Assembly: GCA_963796455.1 (NCBI GenBank)
Contig: CAWCLO010000004.1
Span: forward strand, 1,024,001 to 1,088,000
Reading direction: 5' to 3'
Source: Candidatus Sulfomarinibacteraceae bacterium
Lineage (GTDB): Bacteria; Acidobacteriota; Thermoanaerobaculia; Thermoanaerobaculales; Sulfomarinibacteraceae
DNA: 64,000 nucleotides
In this document: positions 32,124 to 42,121 of the stretch, piece after piece
Layout of the letters: each line of letters starts with the position of its first letter
Numbering within the stretch: the stretch's first letter is position 1
Position numbers and translations under genes: made by a program
Notes under the pieces: generated by a model
The model's input: only the letters and a program-made list of their open reading frames with translations
Database searches by the model: none
Told to the model about the DNA's origin: nothing

Positions 32124-32483
32124 ATGGAGAAGATCACTACCGTTGACGAGATTCCCGGCAAGGGCCTGCGATTCACTTACAAGGAGGGCCCTTTCGACGA
32201 GGAGGGAATCCTCCTGAAGATGGCTGACGGGTCGGTGCGAGCATTCAAAAACGAGTGCCGACACCTGCCGATGCGTCTCGACGACCGCGAACCACGCGAA
32301 CTCTGGGACCCAACCGGTCGCTATCTTGTTTGTTCATCACACGGCGCCCGTTACCAGCCTCACGACGGCCTTTGCGTCGGCGGACCGTGCGAGGGATCAC
32401 ACCTGAGAACCCTCCCGATCGAAGTCCAGGATGGTGTTGTATACCTCGACACATCCAAGGTCGGTGGCTTTTTCAACGTCTGA
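32124..32483 (+). CDS. Rieske 2Fe-2S ferredoxin-like protein
   Basis: NECRH...CSSHGA Rieske motif, CVGGPC. Confidence 0.88.
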   Translation: MEKITTVDEIPGKGLRFTYKEGPFDEEGILLKMADGSVRAFKNECRHLPMRLDDREPRELWDPTGRYLVCSSHGARYQPHDGLCVGGPCEGSHLRTLPIEVQDGVVYLDTSKVGGFFNV

Positions 32484-32520
32484 CGCATTCGGACAAAACG
32501 CAGCGGCCCGGAGCCGGCCA

Positions 32521-33413
32521 TCTCGTCGCAACCACCACGTCACCAAGGACGGACACCAGGAAAACCACAGGGGCACAGAGACACAGAGAGAGAACGCCCG
32601 CAGATCACGCAGATAGACGCAGATGACAGCCTGATTGCGGAGACATCAGCCACCGCTGCAAACAAACCACCTCCGCCTCCCGAGTTCTTAACGCAGAGAC
32701 GCAAAGGCGCTAAGGCGCAGAGGACTTCCCGGCGCCATCCCCGGTCCGGCGAGATCCTGGCCGCCCAGGGCGGCCAGAAACCGCTGGGTCAGGAAACCGC
32801 TCCGAAAACCAGCTCTCGTCTCGGTTTCCTGACCCAGCGGCCTGCGCAGTCGCGCAGGTCTCGCCTTCTTCCTCTCCCTTTCTTCAATTGAGGATGGGTG
32901 CCCCCCGAAGCAAGGCAGAACCGGCATGCCGTAGGCGTGCCGGACGGTGGGAAGCGGGGTGACTCCGAGCGCTGGCGATTGGAGTCTCCCCTCTTCTCAC
33001 CGGCGACGGGCGATCGGAGATCGTCTGGCGATCTGCCGACACTGATGGCGCCCTCGCACAAGTTCGCCAACCAGGCCTTGGCGTCTCTGCGACTTTGCGT
33101 TCTTTGCGTTCTTTGCGGTTCAACCATGTGCACGCGAGACGCGTGCACCACCATGGTGGTGCAGCCGTCCCGGCTGCACTTCGGTCGTGCCTTTGCGATG
33201 GCTTCTGTGTTTTTCTGTGTGCTCTGTGGTCCTTTACGCCAGCCCTCTTCGTTCCCTCTCTGTGTCTCCGTGCCTCCGTGGTTTTCCTGGTGTGACCCCT
33301 TAGTGCCTTTGTGTCTTCGTGTTTGCGGCGAGTTCGTGTGCGATGGATCTGCGTCCATCTGCGTGATCTGCGGGCGTTCTCTCTCTCTGTGTCTCTGTGC
33401 CTCCGTGGTTTTC
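32521..33413 (+). mobile_element. Family A structured non-coding element, copy 3
   Basis: ~65-bp inverted repeat (32560-32624 vs 33347-33413); same core; lies between the convergent Rieske and phhA genes. Confidence 0.8.
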
Positions 33414-33423
33414 GGCCTCGGAA

Positions 33424-34227
33424 TCACATCGAGTCGACGAACTCATTCATCTTGTCGAAAGCCTCGCCGATCGACTCAACGCTCCACAAAAGCGGCTGAT
33501 AGGTGGTGATCGGATACTCGGTGTCCTTCGCCGCCCAGGGATCAAATGGTCTGATCTCGACCTCACCGGACAACGAGTGCTCGAGCTCGCCAAAGCTCGA
33601 CAGCAGCCCCGCACCATAGGCCTTCACCTGACCGTTCTCGATCAGCACGCCATACTCGATAGTGAACCAATAAAGGGTCGCCAACTGTTCGATCTGCTCG
33701 TCGTTGGCACGCAATGATCCTTCCCCTATTTTTTGCGAGAGGTCGGCAAACTGGGGAATTCCAAGCATCGGCGCGTGCCCCATCAATTCGTGCACGATGT
33801 CGGGTTCCGGCGTATAAAGCGGTTGCGAGTGGTGCCTGATGTACTGCGTGGCGCAGAAGACGCGCCGCGACAGCGCCTCCAGAAACTGACGCGCCGAAAC
33901 GAGACCTGCGACCGGGTGCAGGCGGAAACCCGTCCGTTGGGTCAGAAACTCGCTCACGTCGGCGAGTTGCGGAACCTGGTCCTCGCGATGCCCGATGTCA
34001 TCGATGACATCAACGAACTCGTGGCATGCGTGGGTCGGGTAGAGGGCTGTGAGTTTGCGAAATGCGGTGCCCCATGTCTGTCTTTCGGTCTCGGTGTAGA
34101 CCACTCGCTGCGGGGGTATATCCGAATCCAGAGGCGGTGCGAGCACCGCGATCTCTCCGCGCCGCTTCCTGTATTCCTCGTCGTTGAATCCAGGATGATC
34201 CGCTTCGAGCTCGACAATGTGTTCCAT
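33424..34227 (-). CDS. phhA: Phenylalanine 4-monooxygenase (aromatic amino acid hydroxylase)
   Basis: DHPGF, TQYIRH, YTPEPDIVHELMGH, LYWFTIEYG, YGAGLLSSFGE; ATG 34227 with GGAG RBS. Confidence 0.93.
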   Translation of the reverse strand: MEHIVELEADHPGFNDEEYRKRRGEIAVLAPPLDSDIPPQRVVYTETERQTWGTAFRKLTALYPTHACHEFVDVIDDIGHREDQVPQLADVSEFLTQRTGFRLHPVAGLVSARQFLEALSRRVFCATQYIRHHSQPLYTPEPDIVHELMGHAPMLGIPQFADLSQKIGEGSLRANDEQIEQLATLYWFTIEYGVLIENGQVKAYGAGLLSSFGELEHSLSGEVEIRPFDPWAAKDTEYPITTYQPLLWSVESIGEAFDKMNEFVDSM

Positions 34228-34246
34228 ACGCCACTCCAATTCAATT

Positions 34247-34280
34247 GCAGGATACAAGATGCAGGATACAAGATGCGGGA
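34247..34280 (+). repeat. Heptamer array GATGCAG/GATACAA abutting the family B cassette
   Basis: gcaggatacaagatgcaggatacaagatgcggga. Confidence 0.7.
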
Positions 34281-34289
34281 TTACTCTTT

Positions 34290-35095
34290 TCCAAGAGTGT
34301 GTCTCGGACAGCGTTCAGGGACAGCGACCGCAATCAGTGTTCAGCGGCAGCGTTCAGTCATCAGCGATCAGCTGCAGGGACTGCGAACAGCGCTCACTTT
34401 GTCGGGTTCAACATCCGCCAAGTCATGGCACGGACCTGATCGAAGCCCTTCATCGCCTGACTGGCATCAATCCGGCTGATCGCCCCGGCGTGAGCGAGGA
34501 GTTCCAAGTGGCTGTCGACCTCTTTCGCCGAGGCGTAGGCGATTCTCCAGTGATTCAACCGGTCTCTACCGAATCGGCCGTGCCCTTCTGCCAGGTTCGC
34601 AGGGACCGAACTTGGCGACCGGATTACCTGATCGGCTATGGATTTCAGCGGAGCTGGAACCCTCATCACGAGCTTGATCGCGATTCCTGCTGCTTCGAGG
34701 GCTTTCGAGTGGGCAATGAGGTTGGTGGTCGTGGCGGCTTTGGACATGGTCACCTCCGGGTCGTTCATGCCCAGACCCACAAGCCGGTGTGGCGGTCGAT
34801 GTCAAGGATGCCCTGCACCCTGCCTGTCCTTGACATCGGCCGCCCACCGGCTACCCCTTCCTTTGAACGACCCGGAGGCGGCCACTTCGTCGCCTGTACT
34901 CCTGACCGCTGGCCGCTGTTCCCTGACGCTGTTCCCTGACGCTGTTGCCTGTCGCTGTTCTCTGTCGCTGTCCCTGGACGCTGTCCCTGCCGCTGTCCCT
35001 GGACGCTGTCCCTGCCGCTGTCCCTGGACGCTGTCCCTGAACGCTGTCCCTGCAGCTGTTCGCTGCCCCCTGGATGAACCCCACGACCTGGACTG
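34290..35095. mobile_element. Family B cassette: inverted CAGGGACAGCG arrays enclosing a four-helix-bundle gene
   Basis: Left arm 34305-34392 (CAGGGACAGCG-like units); right arm ~34905-35075 (12-13 nt CGCTGTCCCTG units); TCCARG motif outside each arm. Confidence 0.75.
34394..34747 (-). CDS. Four helix bundle protein (TIGR02436 / 23S rRNA IVP / Avd-like fold)
   Basis: 117 aa; DQVIRSPSSVPANLAEGHGR and IAYASAKE match the family pattern Q..R...S...N.AEG..R; strong RBS GGAGGTG before ATG 34747. Confidence 0.88.
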   Translation of the reverse strand: MSKAATTTNLIAHSKALEAAGIAIKLVMRVPAPLKSIADQVIRSPSSVPANLAEGHGRFGRDRLNHWRIAYASAKEVDSHLELLAHAGAISRIDASQAMKGFDQVRAMTWRMLNPTK

Positions 35096-35156
35096 GGGTC
35101 GTGCAGAATCCACGATTCGGGAGGCACGATGATCGGACAGATTCGGTCCATTGGGG

Positions 35157-35194
35157 GCGAAAATCCGAAATTCGAAATCCGAAATCCGAAATCT
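35157..35194 (+). repeat. Heptamer array CGAAATC/CGAAATT (family D, single arm)
   Basis: gcgaaaatccgaaattcgaaatccgaaatccgaaatct. Confidence 0.8.
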
Positions 35195-35245
35195 GAGCTC
35201 GTGGGCTGCGAATTTCCGTTAATCTCACCCCTGGAGGTTCGTTTA

Positions 35246-35824
35246 ATGGTTGACGAGAAAGAAGAGGAGGACCGAGTGGAAGCTGCTCTCGCCAATTCTG
35301 ACAACGACACCGCCGGCTGGCTGGAAACGATCTATCGCGACGACGCGACGGTGGTGCTCCAGACCGCCTACCGGGTCACCGGCAATGCTGCGGATGCCGA
35401 GGACGTGTTGCAAACCGTTTTCACACGGCTCGCCCGGCGCACCGACCGGCCCGACTTCTCCACCGGTTCGCGCGCCTATCTCAGGCGAGCGGCGACAAAC
35501 GCCGCCCTCGACATCGTGCAATCCAAGCGAGCCAGGAGCGGCGTCTCCCTCGAGGCCGTTGGTGATGATGGAGCTCCGGACGAAGGTCCGTCCCCGGCCC
35601 GGCAACACCTCGGTCGTGAGATGCACCGGCATCTTCGGCAGGCCTTGACGAAGCTGAGCCGCCGCGGTGCCGAGGTCTTCGTCCTGCGCTATTTCGAGGG
35701 ACTCGACAACACCGAAATCGCCGAACACCTCGGTACAAGCACCAACACCGTCGCGGTGACCCTTCACCGCGCACGCGCCCGCCTTAAAGAAGAGATGGGC
35801 CCATTCATGGGAGGCATCCAATGA
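35246..35824 (+). CDS. ECF sigma-70 factor
   Basis: DAEDVLQTVF (region 2); LRYFEGLDNTEIAEHLG...LHRARARL (region 4); GGAGG RBS. Confidence 0.93.
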   Translation: MVDEKEEEDRVEAALANSDNDTAGWLETIYRDDATVVLQTAYRVTGNAADAEDVLQTVFTRLARRTDRPDFSTGSRAYLRRAATNAALDIVQSKRARSGVSLEAVGDDGAPDEGPSPARQHLGREMHRHLRQALTKLSRRGAEVFVLRYFEGLDNTEIAEHLGTSTNTVAVTLHRARARLKEEMGPFMGGIQ

Positions 35825-38451
35825 CCGATCACAGCAATGACATCGACCGCCAGATTGAACTCGCTGCGCGGGAAATCGAAGCAAAACAGCTCGATCAACA
35901 AACAGAAACCGAGGCCATCGACCGGGTTTGGGAGAAGATTTCAACCGATCTCGGCGCCACCAGGCCCTTGACGAGCTGTGAGGACTTTCAGACCGAGATT
36001 CCGGCTTTTGTTGCCGGCGAGCTCTCGGACGCCCGTGCCCTCCTGGTGGGCGATCACACCCGTGAGTGCGTCCCGTGCCGCCGGGCCCTTTTGGAAGCGC
36101 GGAGCGGAGTCCGGGTCGCCCCGGCTGCGGTCAGGACCAGCTCGTGGTCGGCTTTCCGCACGAATGCCCTCCGAATCGCCGCTGCGATCGTTCTCTGTGC
36201 CGGTGGATACGGCGCCTACATCGCTGTCGGCAACTCGATGGCCGATCGCCGGCTCGAGGCCACCATCGAGTCGATCGATGGTTCGCTGCAACTCGTGGAA
36301 GGCTCCAGTTCTGCGGCCCTCGCGCCGGGCGACGTCTTTCGGGCGCGTCAAGTTCTCCGGACGAACAAAGATTCCGGCGCTCTCTTCCGTCTCGCCGATG
36401 GCTCACTGATCGAGATGGACGAACGTTCAGAGATCAGCCTCCGCGCCACACGGCAGGGCTCTACAATTGACCTGTCGCGGGGCAATATCATCGTCCACGC
36501 CGCCAAACAAAACGATGGCCGGCTGTTTGTCGACACCAATGACTGCCGGGTCGCCGTCAAGGGAACCATCTTTGCGGTAGATCACGGGCTCAAGGGCTCC
36601 CGGGTGTCGGTGATCGAGGGTGAAGTCGAAGTCAGAGAAGGTGCGGCGCTGGCCGTGCTGCGTCCCGGAGACCAGATCACAACCGGCAGCCGGCTCCGCC
36701 GGGTGCCGCTCGAAGACCAGTTCGGGTGGAGCCGCGACGCCGAAAAACACCGCGCACTCCTGCGCGAGTTAACCGTCCTCCGTCGGGTCGTGGCCGACGC
36801 CGTCGATACGGCGCCTCCCCGGACCTCGACGTTCCTCCTCGATCTCGTGCCCCCCGACACCATGTTCTATGCGGCGATGCCAAATGTGGCGGAAGACTTC
36901 GATGCCGCCCGTGCAGCTTTTTATGAACGCCTCGAAGCCAGTGAGGTGCTCGCGAGCTGGTGGCAGGAAACTGTGGTCGACAAGGGTTTCGACACCCAGA
37001 TCGAAGAGCTCCTGGACCGCGTGCAGCCTCTTGGCGATGCCATCGGTGCTGAGGCCGCGATCGCTGTCCCCGCTTCGATGATGCTCAACGATGGTCCCCC
37101 GGTTTTCATGGCCGAAGTGGACGACCCGGAGACCGTCCGCCAGTTCATTTCGAGCTTGATTGAGGAGGCCGATGCCGACGGTGAAATGAACGGCGAAGTT
37201 GTTCTGATTGACGATCCACGCACCGCAGCCCCGGTTGAAGCCGAGGTGGTCGTGTGGGTGGATGGAGATCTGCTCGCGGCCGCCTCCGATCTCGAGGCGC
37301 TCCGGGCTCTCGCCTTCCGGGTCGATAATCCCGGACAGCGTGAATTCATCGGAACAGATCTCCACACTCGCCTCAGCCAGGCCTATGCACAGGGCGTGGG
37401 CTGGATCGCCGGTGTCGACATCAAAGCGGCCATGGCGCGTGCGGCTGAGGAGATGGAAGCCGACGAGGTTGAGGTCCTGGAGGATCTCGGCATACTCGAT
37501 GCAACCACGATGGTGATCGAGCGCCACCGCGACGGTGACTGGTACGCCACCGATGCCGAGGTGTTGTTCGACCAACCGCGACGCGGTGTGATGGCGTGGC
37601 TTGCCGAGCCGGCGGCAATGGGCAGCCTCGAGTTTGTTTCACCAGAGGCATATATCGCTGCTTCGGCCGTGACGCGCGACGCGTCCGAGATGTTCGACGA
37701 TCTCATGGCCTTCGTGTCAACGCAGGACGAAAACGCGTTTGAACAACTGCGGCTCTTCGAGGAACGTTTCGGCATCAACATCCGGGATGACCTGGCCGCG
37801 ACATTCGGCGGCGAAGCGACGCTGGCCCTTGACGGACCGATGCTACCGGTTCCGTCGTGGAAGTTGATCGTCGAGGTCTATGATCCGGAAACGCTCCTGC
37901 ACACGATTGAAAGGGCCGTTGCCGAGGTCAATGTCATGCTCGCCGAAAAGGACGAGGGTTCGGTTCAACTCGAAGCGGCGGATTTCGCAGGACGTACCTA
38001 CTTCACGCTGAGCCGTGAGGGGATCGATGGTGCGGTTGTGTTGACGACCGTCGACGGCTATATGGTGATGGCGCCGAGCCGGGCACTCATCGAGCAGGCA
38101 ATCGGTTATCGGAGCTCGGGTGTGACCCTGGCAAGTTCCGATGCATTTCGGGCTCTGCTGCCCGACAACGGCTACACCGATTGTTCGGCCCTGGTTTACC
38201 GCGATCTCAATTCACTTTTAGATGCTGTGCCGGCCGAGATGCTCGGCGACGCCGAGATCATCGACAGCCTCAGCGACGAACTCAGCAAGGGTCTGGTCTG
38301 CGTCTTCGGTGAGAGCGACCGGGTGCGTGCGAGCGCCACCGGCGGCAGCCTGATGGGGCTCGGTTCAATGCTCGGGATGCACGGGGCCATGCAAGCTGAC
38401 ACTGTCATCGAGGAGATCGAAACGACAGACACGGTATCATCTGAGGGATGA
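35821..38451 (+). CDS. Anti-sigma factor: ZAS zinc finger + TM + FecR domain + large C-terminal domain
   Basis: HTRECVPC (HxxxCxxC), TM near aa 118-136, FecR-like LADGS...VKGTIFAV...[14 protein letters not shown] overlap with the sigma gene. Confidence 0.85.
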   Translation: MTDHSNDIDRQIELAAREIEAKQLDQQTETEAIDRVWEKISTDLGATRPLTSCEDFQTEIPAFVAGELSDARALLVGDHTRECVPCRRALLEARSGVRVAPAAVRTSSWSAFRTNALRIAAAIVLCAGGYGAYIAVGNSMADRRLEATIESIDGSLQLVEGSSSAALAPGDVFRARQVLRTNKDSGALFRLADGSLIEMDERSEISLRATRQGSTIDLSRGNIIVHAAKQNDGRLFVDTNDCRVAVKGTIFAVDHGLKGSRVSVIEGEVEVREGAALAVLRPGDQITTGSRLRRVPLEDQFGWSRDAEKHRALLRELTVLRRVVADAVDTAPPRTSTFLLDLVPPDTMFYAAMPNVAEDFDAARAAFYERLEASEVLASWWQETVVDKGFDTQIEELLDRVQPLGDAIGAEAAIAVPASMMLNDGPPVFMAEVDDPETVRQFISSLIEEADADGEMNGEVVLIDDPRTAAPVEAEVVVWVDGDLLAAASDLEALRALAFRVDNPGQREFIGTDLHTRLSQAYAQGVGWIAGVDIKAAMARAAEEMEADEVEVLEDLGILDATTMVIERHRDGDWYATDAEVLFDQPRRGVMAWLAEPAAMGSLEFVSPEAYIAASAVTRDASEMFDDLMAFVSTQDENAFEQLRLFEERFGINIRDDLAATFGGEATLALDGPMLPVPSWKLIVEVYDPETLLHTIERAVAEVNVMLAEKDEGSVQLEAADFAGRTYFTLSREGIDGAVVLTTVDGYMVMAPSRALIEQAIGYRSSGVTLASSDAFRALLPDNGYTDCSALVYRDLNSLLDAVPAEMLGDAEIIDSLSDELSKGLVCVFGESDRVRASATGGSLMGLGSMLGMHGAMQADTVIEEIETTDTVSSEG

Positions 38452-39401
38452 ATCCAGCCGAAACGTCATCGCAGCCGGCGATCGAGCTCGACGGACTCTC
38501 CGTCAACCTCGGCGGCCGACCGATCCTGGTGGATCTGCACGCCTCCCTCCGGGGGCGTGCGATCGGTCTCCTCGGGCCCAACGGTGCGGGCAAGACCACC
38601 CTCTTGAGGACCATGCTCGGCTTCTTCCCACCGACCTCCGGAAACGCAGCCGTCCTCGGCCTCTCCCTTGCCTCAGAAGGGAAAGAGCTTCGCGCTCAGG
38701 TCGGTTACATGCCGGAAAACGACGCCTTTATCGCGGGCATGACGGCAGTCCACTTCGTGCGATTCATGGCCGAGCTCAGTGGTGTGGCCGCCGAACCGGC
38801 CCTCGAACGGGCCCACGAGACCCTCTTCTATGTCGGCCTCGGTGAAGCCCGTTATCGCAAGCTCGGGACCTTCTCCACCGGGATGAAACAGATGGTCAAG
38901 CTGGCTCAGGCCCTTGTCCACGGGCCGCGGCTCCTGATGCTCGATGAACCCACCAACGGTCTCGATCCGCCAGCCCGCAAAAGGATGTTGGATCTGGTGA
39001 TGGAAATCCGCGACCGAGGCGAAACCAATATTCTCCTCTCGTCACACCTCCTGCAGGACGTCGAAATGGTCTGCGACGAGGTCGTGATTCTGAAAGATGG
39101 GCGTATCGCCGCCAGCTGTGATCTCGAGTCCGAGCGTCGCGCCAACAAGTCCTTTGTCGAAGTCGAGCTTCACACGCCCACCCCGGCTTTTGCCGACGCC
39201 CTTACCGAGCTCGGGTGTGAATTCGCCGTCAGGGACGGCGGCCGAATTAAACTCGTGCTGCCGGAGGGACGAACCGTTCGCGACCTCTACACCGCGGCCG
39301 ATCGCCTCGGAGTCGGCATCCGCCACCTCGATCTCAAACGCGACTCGCTGCAGGACATCTTCCTGCGTGCGATGGAGGGAGATGTCAATGGCGGTGTATG
39401 A
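38448..39401 (+). CDS. ABC transporter ATP-binding protein
   Basis: [29 protein letters not shown]. Confidence 0.95.
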   Translation: MNPAETSSQPAIELDGLSVNLGGRPILVDLHASLRGRAIGLLGPNGAGKTTLLRTMLGFFPPTSGNAAVLGLSLASEGKELRAQVGYMPENDAFIAGMTAVHFVRFMAELSGVAAEPALERAHETLFYVGLGEARYRKLGTFSTGMKQMVKLAQALVHGPRLLMLDEPTNGLDPPARKRMLDLVMEIRDRGETNILLSSHLLQDVEMVCDEVVILKDGRIAASCDLESERRANKSFVEVELHTPTPAFADALTELGCEFAVRDGGRIKLVLPEGRTVRDLYTAADRLGVGIRHLDLKRDSLQDIFLRAMEGDVNGGV

Positions 39402-40248
39402 GCGGATCTGGCGCCGCTACACGGGCGAATTGACTCCCCTCAAGTGGCGCTTTCTGGTGGTCAGTAAATATGCCCTCGGAGACACTTTCGCTTCCAGGAT
39501 CTTTACCGCTTTCTACGCACTGTGTTTTCTTCCTTCGGTGGTCGGCATTTTGTTCATCTACCTCAGCCACAACGTGTCGTTGCTGCAACAACTCGGCATG
39601 CCCGAAGATCTGATGAAGGTGCTCACATCCAAGTTCTTCATGGTTTTGTTTTCCTGGCAGGCTATCCCCGCCTTTCTGGTGGCGGTCCTGGTTTCACCGA
39701 GCCTGATCGCGGCCGATCTCTCGAACAACGCCATGCCGCTCTACCTCAGCCGCCCTCTGACCCGTTCGGAGTACGTGCTCGGAAAAATGACCGTTTTGGC
39801 TCTGCTGCTTTCACCGATGACCTGGATCATGGGTCTCCTGATCTTCGGGCTCCAGGCCTATCTCGAGGGCGGGCGCTGGTGGATCGACAACTACCAGATC
39901 GGGATGGCCTATCTCGTCGGCCACCTGACCTGGATCGTCGTCATTTCCTTCCTGACCCTCGCGATCTCGGCATGGGTGCGTTACAAACCGGTGGCTCGTG
40001 GCGCGCTCTTCGCGATCATCTTCATCCTTGCGGGCTTCGCCACAGCGGTGAACGGGGTGACCCGGACCTCATGGGGTGATCTCATCCATATCGTCCAGGC
40101 AATCAACAGCGTGGTCATGTCGCTCTTCGGCGCGCCAACCCCGAGCGGGCTGCCCGTTTTCTATAACTGGCTCACCCTGGCCGGCGTGACGGCGCTCAGC
40201 ATCTGGCTCATTCATCGGAAATTGCGCGCCCACGAGGTCGTCAAATGA
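39388..40248 (+). CDS. ABC-2 type permease
   Basis: [16 protein letters not shown], six hydrophobic segments. Confidence 0.85.
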   Translation: MAVYERIWRRYTGELTPLKWRFLVVSKYALGDTFASRIFTAFYALCFLPSVVGILFIYLSHNVSLLQQLGMPEDLMKVLTSKFFMVLFSWQAIPAFLVAVLVSPSLIAADLSNNAMPLYLSRPLTRSEYVLGKMTVLALLLSPMTWIMGLLIFGLQAYLEGGRWWIDNYQIGMAYLVGHLTWIVVISFLTLAISAWVRYKPVARGALFAIIFILAGFATAVNGVTRTSWGDLIHIVQAINSVVMSLFGAPTPSGLPVFYNWLTLAGVTALSIWLIHRKLRAHEVVK

Positions 40249-41192
40249 GCTCGGACCGCATCGTTTTCCATGACGTTTCGAAGTTCTACGGCGAGGTCCT
40301 CGGTGTCAACAAGGTCAGCCTGGAAGTGTCTCCCGGGCTGACCGGCCTGGTAGGTCCGAATGGATCCGGCAAGAGCACGCTCATGCATCTGATGACGGGC
40401 CTTCTGCGTCCGAGCCGCGGTGAGATCTCGGTGCTCGGCATCAGTCCAGATAAACCCGAGGAGCTTTTTCGGGTTCTCGGCTATTGCACTCAATACGACA
40501 CATTTCCAAACGGTTCCACGGGTTTGAGTTTTCTCCGCCACACCCTGGCGATGCACGGTTTCAAGGGCCCCGAGGCCGACGAGCGCGCCTGGGCGTCTCT
40601 CGAGCGGGTCGGTCTGACCGACGCCGCCCGGCGGCGAATTGCCGGCTACTCCAAGGGCATGCGGCAACGAATCAAGTTGGCTCACGCCAACTGTCACGGC
40701 CCCAAGGTGCTCGTCCTCGACGAACCTCTGAACGGTCTCGATCCCATGGGGCGAGCCGAAATGATCGAGCTCTTTTCCGAACTCGCCCACGAAGGCCGGC
40801 ACGTCATCGTCTCCAGCCACATCCTGCACGAGGTGGACATCATCTCCGATGGGGTCATCATGATTCATGGAGGGGCCATCGTCGCCGAAGGCGAAATCCG
40901 CGCGGTCCGCGGTGAGATCACCTCGCACCCGATCCAGGTTCTGATCAGGTGCGATCGACCGCACGCTGTCGCGGCCAGGGTCTTCGAGCTCGAACACGTG
41001 GTCGAGGCCCGGATCATCGATACCGAGGGTCTGCTGGTCCGTACCCGTGAGGCCACGTCCTTTTTTACCGAACTGAACCGGATCGTCCTCGATACGGAGG
41101 TCGTCATCGAGACCGTGGCGCCGGCGGACGAAAGCGTGCACGCGGTCTATGACTATCTCATCGGCGAGAGCTCGGGTGGAGGTGGTGCATGA
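40245..41192 (+). CDS. ABC transporter ATP-binding protein
   Basis: GPNGSGKST, YSKGMRQR, VLDEPLNGLD. Confidence 0.95.
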   Translation: MSSDRIVFHDVSKFYGEVLGVNKVSLEVSPGLTGLVGPNGSGKSTLMHLMTGLLRPSRGEISVLGISPDKPEELFRVLGYCTQYDTFPNGSTGLSFLRHTLAMHGFKGPEADERAWASLERVGLTDAARRRIAGYSKGMRQRIKLAHANCHGPKVLVLDEPLNGLDPMGRAEMIELFSELAHEGRHVIVSSHILHEVDIISDGVIMIHGGAIVAEGEIRAVRGEITSHPIQVLIRCDRPHAVAARVFELEHVVEARIIDTEGLLVRTREATSFFTELNRIVLDTEVVIETVAPADESVHAVYDYLIGESSGGGGA

Positions 41193-42016
41193 ATCCGGAG
41201 ACCACCAGCACCCCTTTGTGGCGCACCCAACTGTCGACCATCGTGCGTACCGAAGTCGTGCGGACCCTCTTCAGCCGGCGATCGATCGCAGTCTACCTGC
41301 TGGTCGCAATGCCACTGGCGCTCATGTTGTTGCGGGCGCTCTTCATGCCGTCATCGATGCGGGCGAACGCCACCCACGCCACCACCGAATTCGCCGAGGT
41401 CTTCCACATTTTCATTCTTCGATTCGTGATCTTCTTTTCCAACGCCATGATCTTTGTCCGCCTCTTTCGCGGCGAGATGCTCGAGAAATCGCTGCACTAT
41501 ACGCTGCTGGCTCCGGTTCGGAGGGACCTGCTGGTGGCCGGGAAGTATCTTGGTGGGGTTATTTCGGCCATGCTGATCCTCCTCCCGACCACCGTTCTTT
41601 CTTATGTCCTGGTTTTTCTGCCGCACGGCAGCAAAGGCTTGGCACTCATGGCCTCGCGCAACGGGCTTGCAAATCTGGGCGGTTATCTCCTGATCACGAC
41701 CCTCGCCTGCTTCGCCTATGGGTCTCTCTTCATGCTCGCCGGTCTTTTCTTCAAAAACCCGATGGTGCCTGCGGTTCTCTTTTTGGGGTGGGAGATCTTG
41801 ACGCCCTTCCTACCGACCCTGCTGAAGTACCTCAGCTTTGTTCACTATCTGGTTTCCTTCGCGCCGGTTCCCGTGAGCCTCGGGGCCTTTGCCCTCCTCG
41901 CAAGACCGGTCCCGTGGTGGATCGCTCTGCTGGCGATTTTCTCGGTATCGGCGGCGCTGGTCTTTCTTGCCTCGATGGTCGCGAAGCGTTTGGAAGTTAC
42001 CTACTCGGTCGACTGA
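41189..42016 (+). CDS. ABC-2 type permease
   Basis: LLAPVRRDLLVAGKY, multiple TM segments. Confidence 0.85.
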   Translation: MNPETTSTPLWRTQLSTIVRTEVVRTLFSRRSIAVYLLVAMPLALMLLRALFMPSSMRANATHATTEFAEVFHIFILRFVIFFSNAMIFVRLFRGEMLEKSLHYTLLAPVRRDLLVAGKYLGGVISAMLILLPTTVLSYVLVFLPHGSKGLALMASRNGLANLGGYLLITTLACFAYGSLFMLAGLFFKNPMVPAVLFLGWEILTPFLPTLLKYLSFVHYLVSFAPVPVSLGAFALLARPVPWWIALLAIFSVSAALVFLASMVAKRLEVTYSVD

Positions 42017-42088
42017 GCAGCGGTGAAAGCACACGAGTGAGCAAGGAAAAAGAAGGCTCTGAGGAGGCCAGAAGCATCAGGATTGCCC

Positions 42089-42120
42089 GTCTCCCTTTCC
42101 CCCTTTCTCCCTTTCCCATT
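42089..42120 (+). repeat. Short octamer array (CCCTTTCT-type) starting at GTCTCC, family C remnant
   Basis: gtctccctttccccctttctccctttcccatt. Confidence 0.6.
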
Positions 42121-42121
42121 T

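Noticed and set aside
34394..34747. Diversity-generating retroelement suggested by the Avd-like fold
   Set aside because: No reverse transcriptase in the window, and I found no TR/VR pair differing only at adenines.
34905..35075. Possible CRISPR array
   Set aside because: Units are 12-13 nt and contiguous, with no unique spacers and no cas genes. The same applies to the other arrays in the window.
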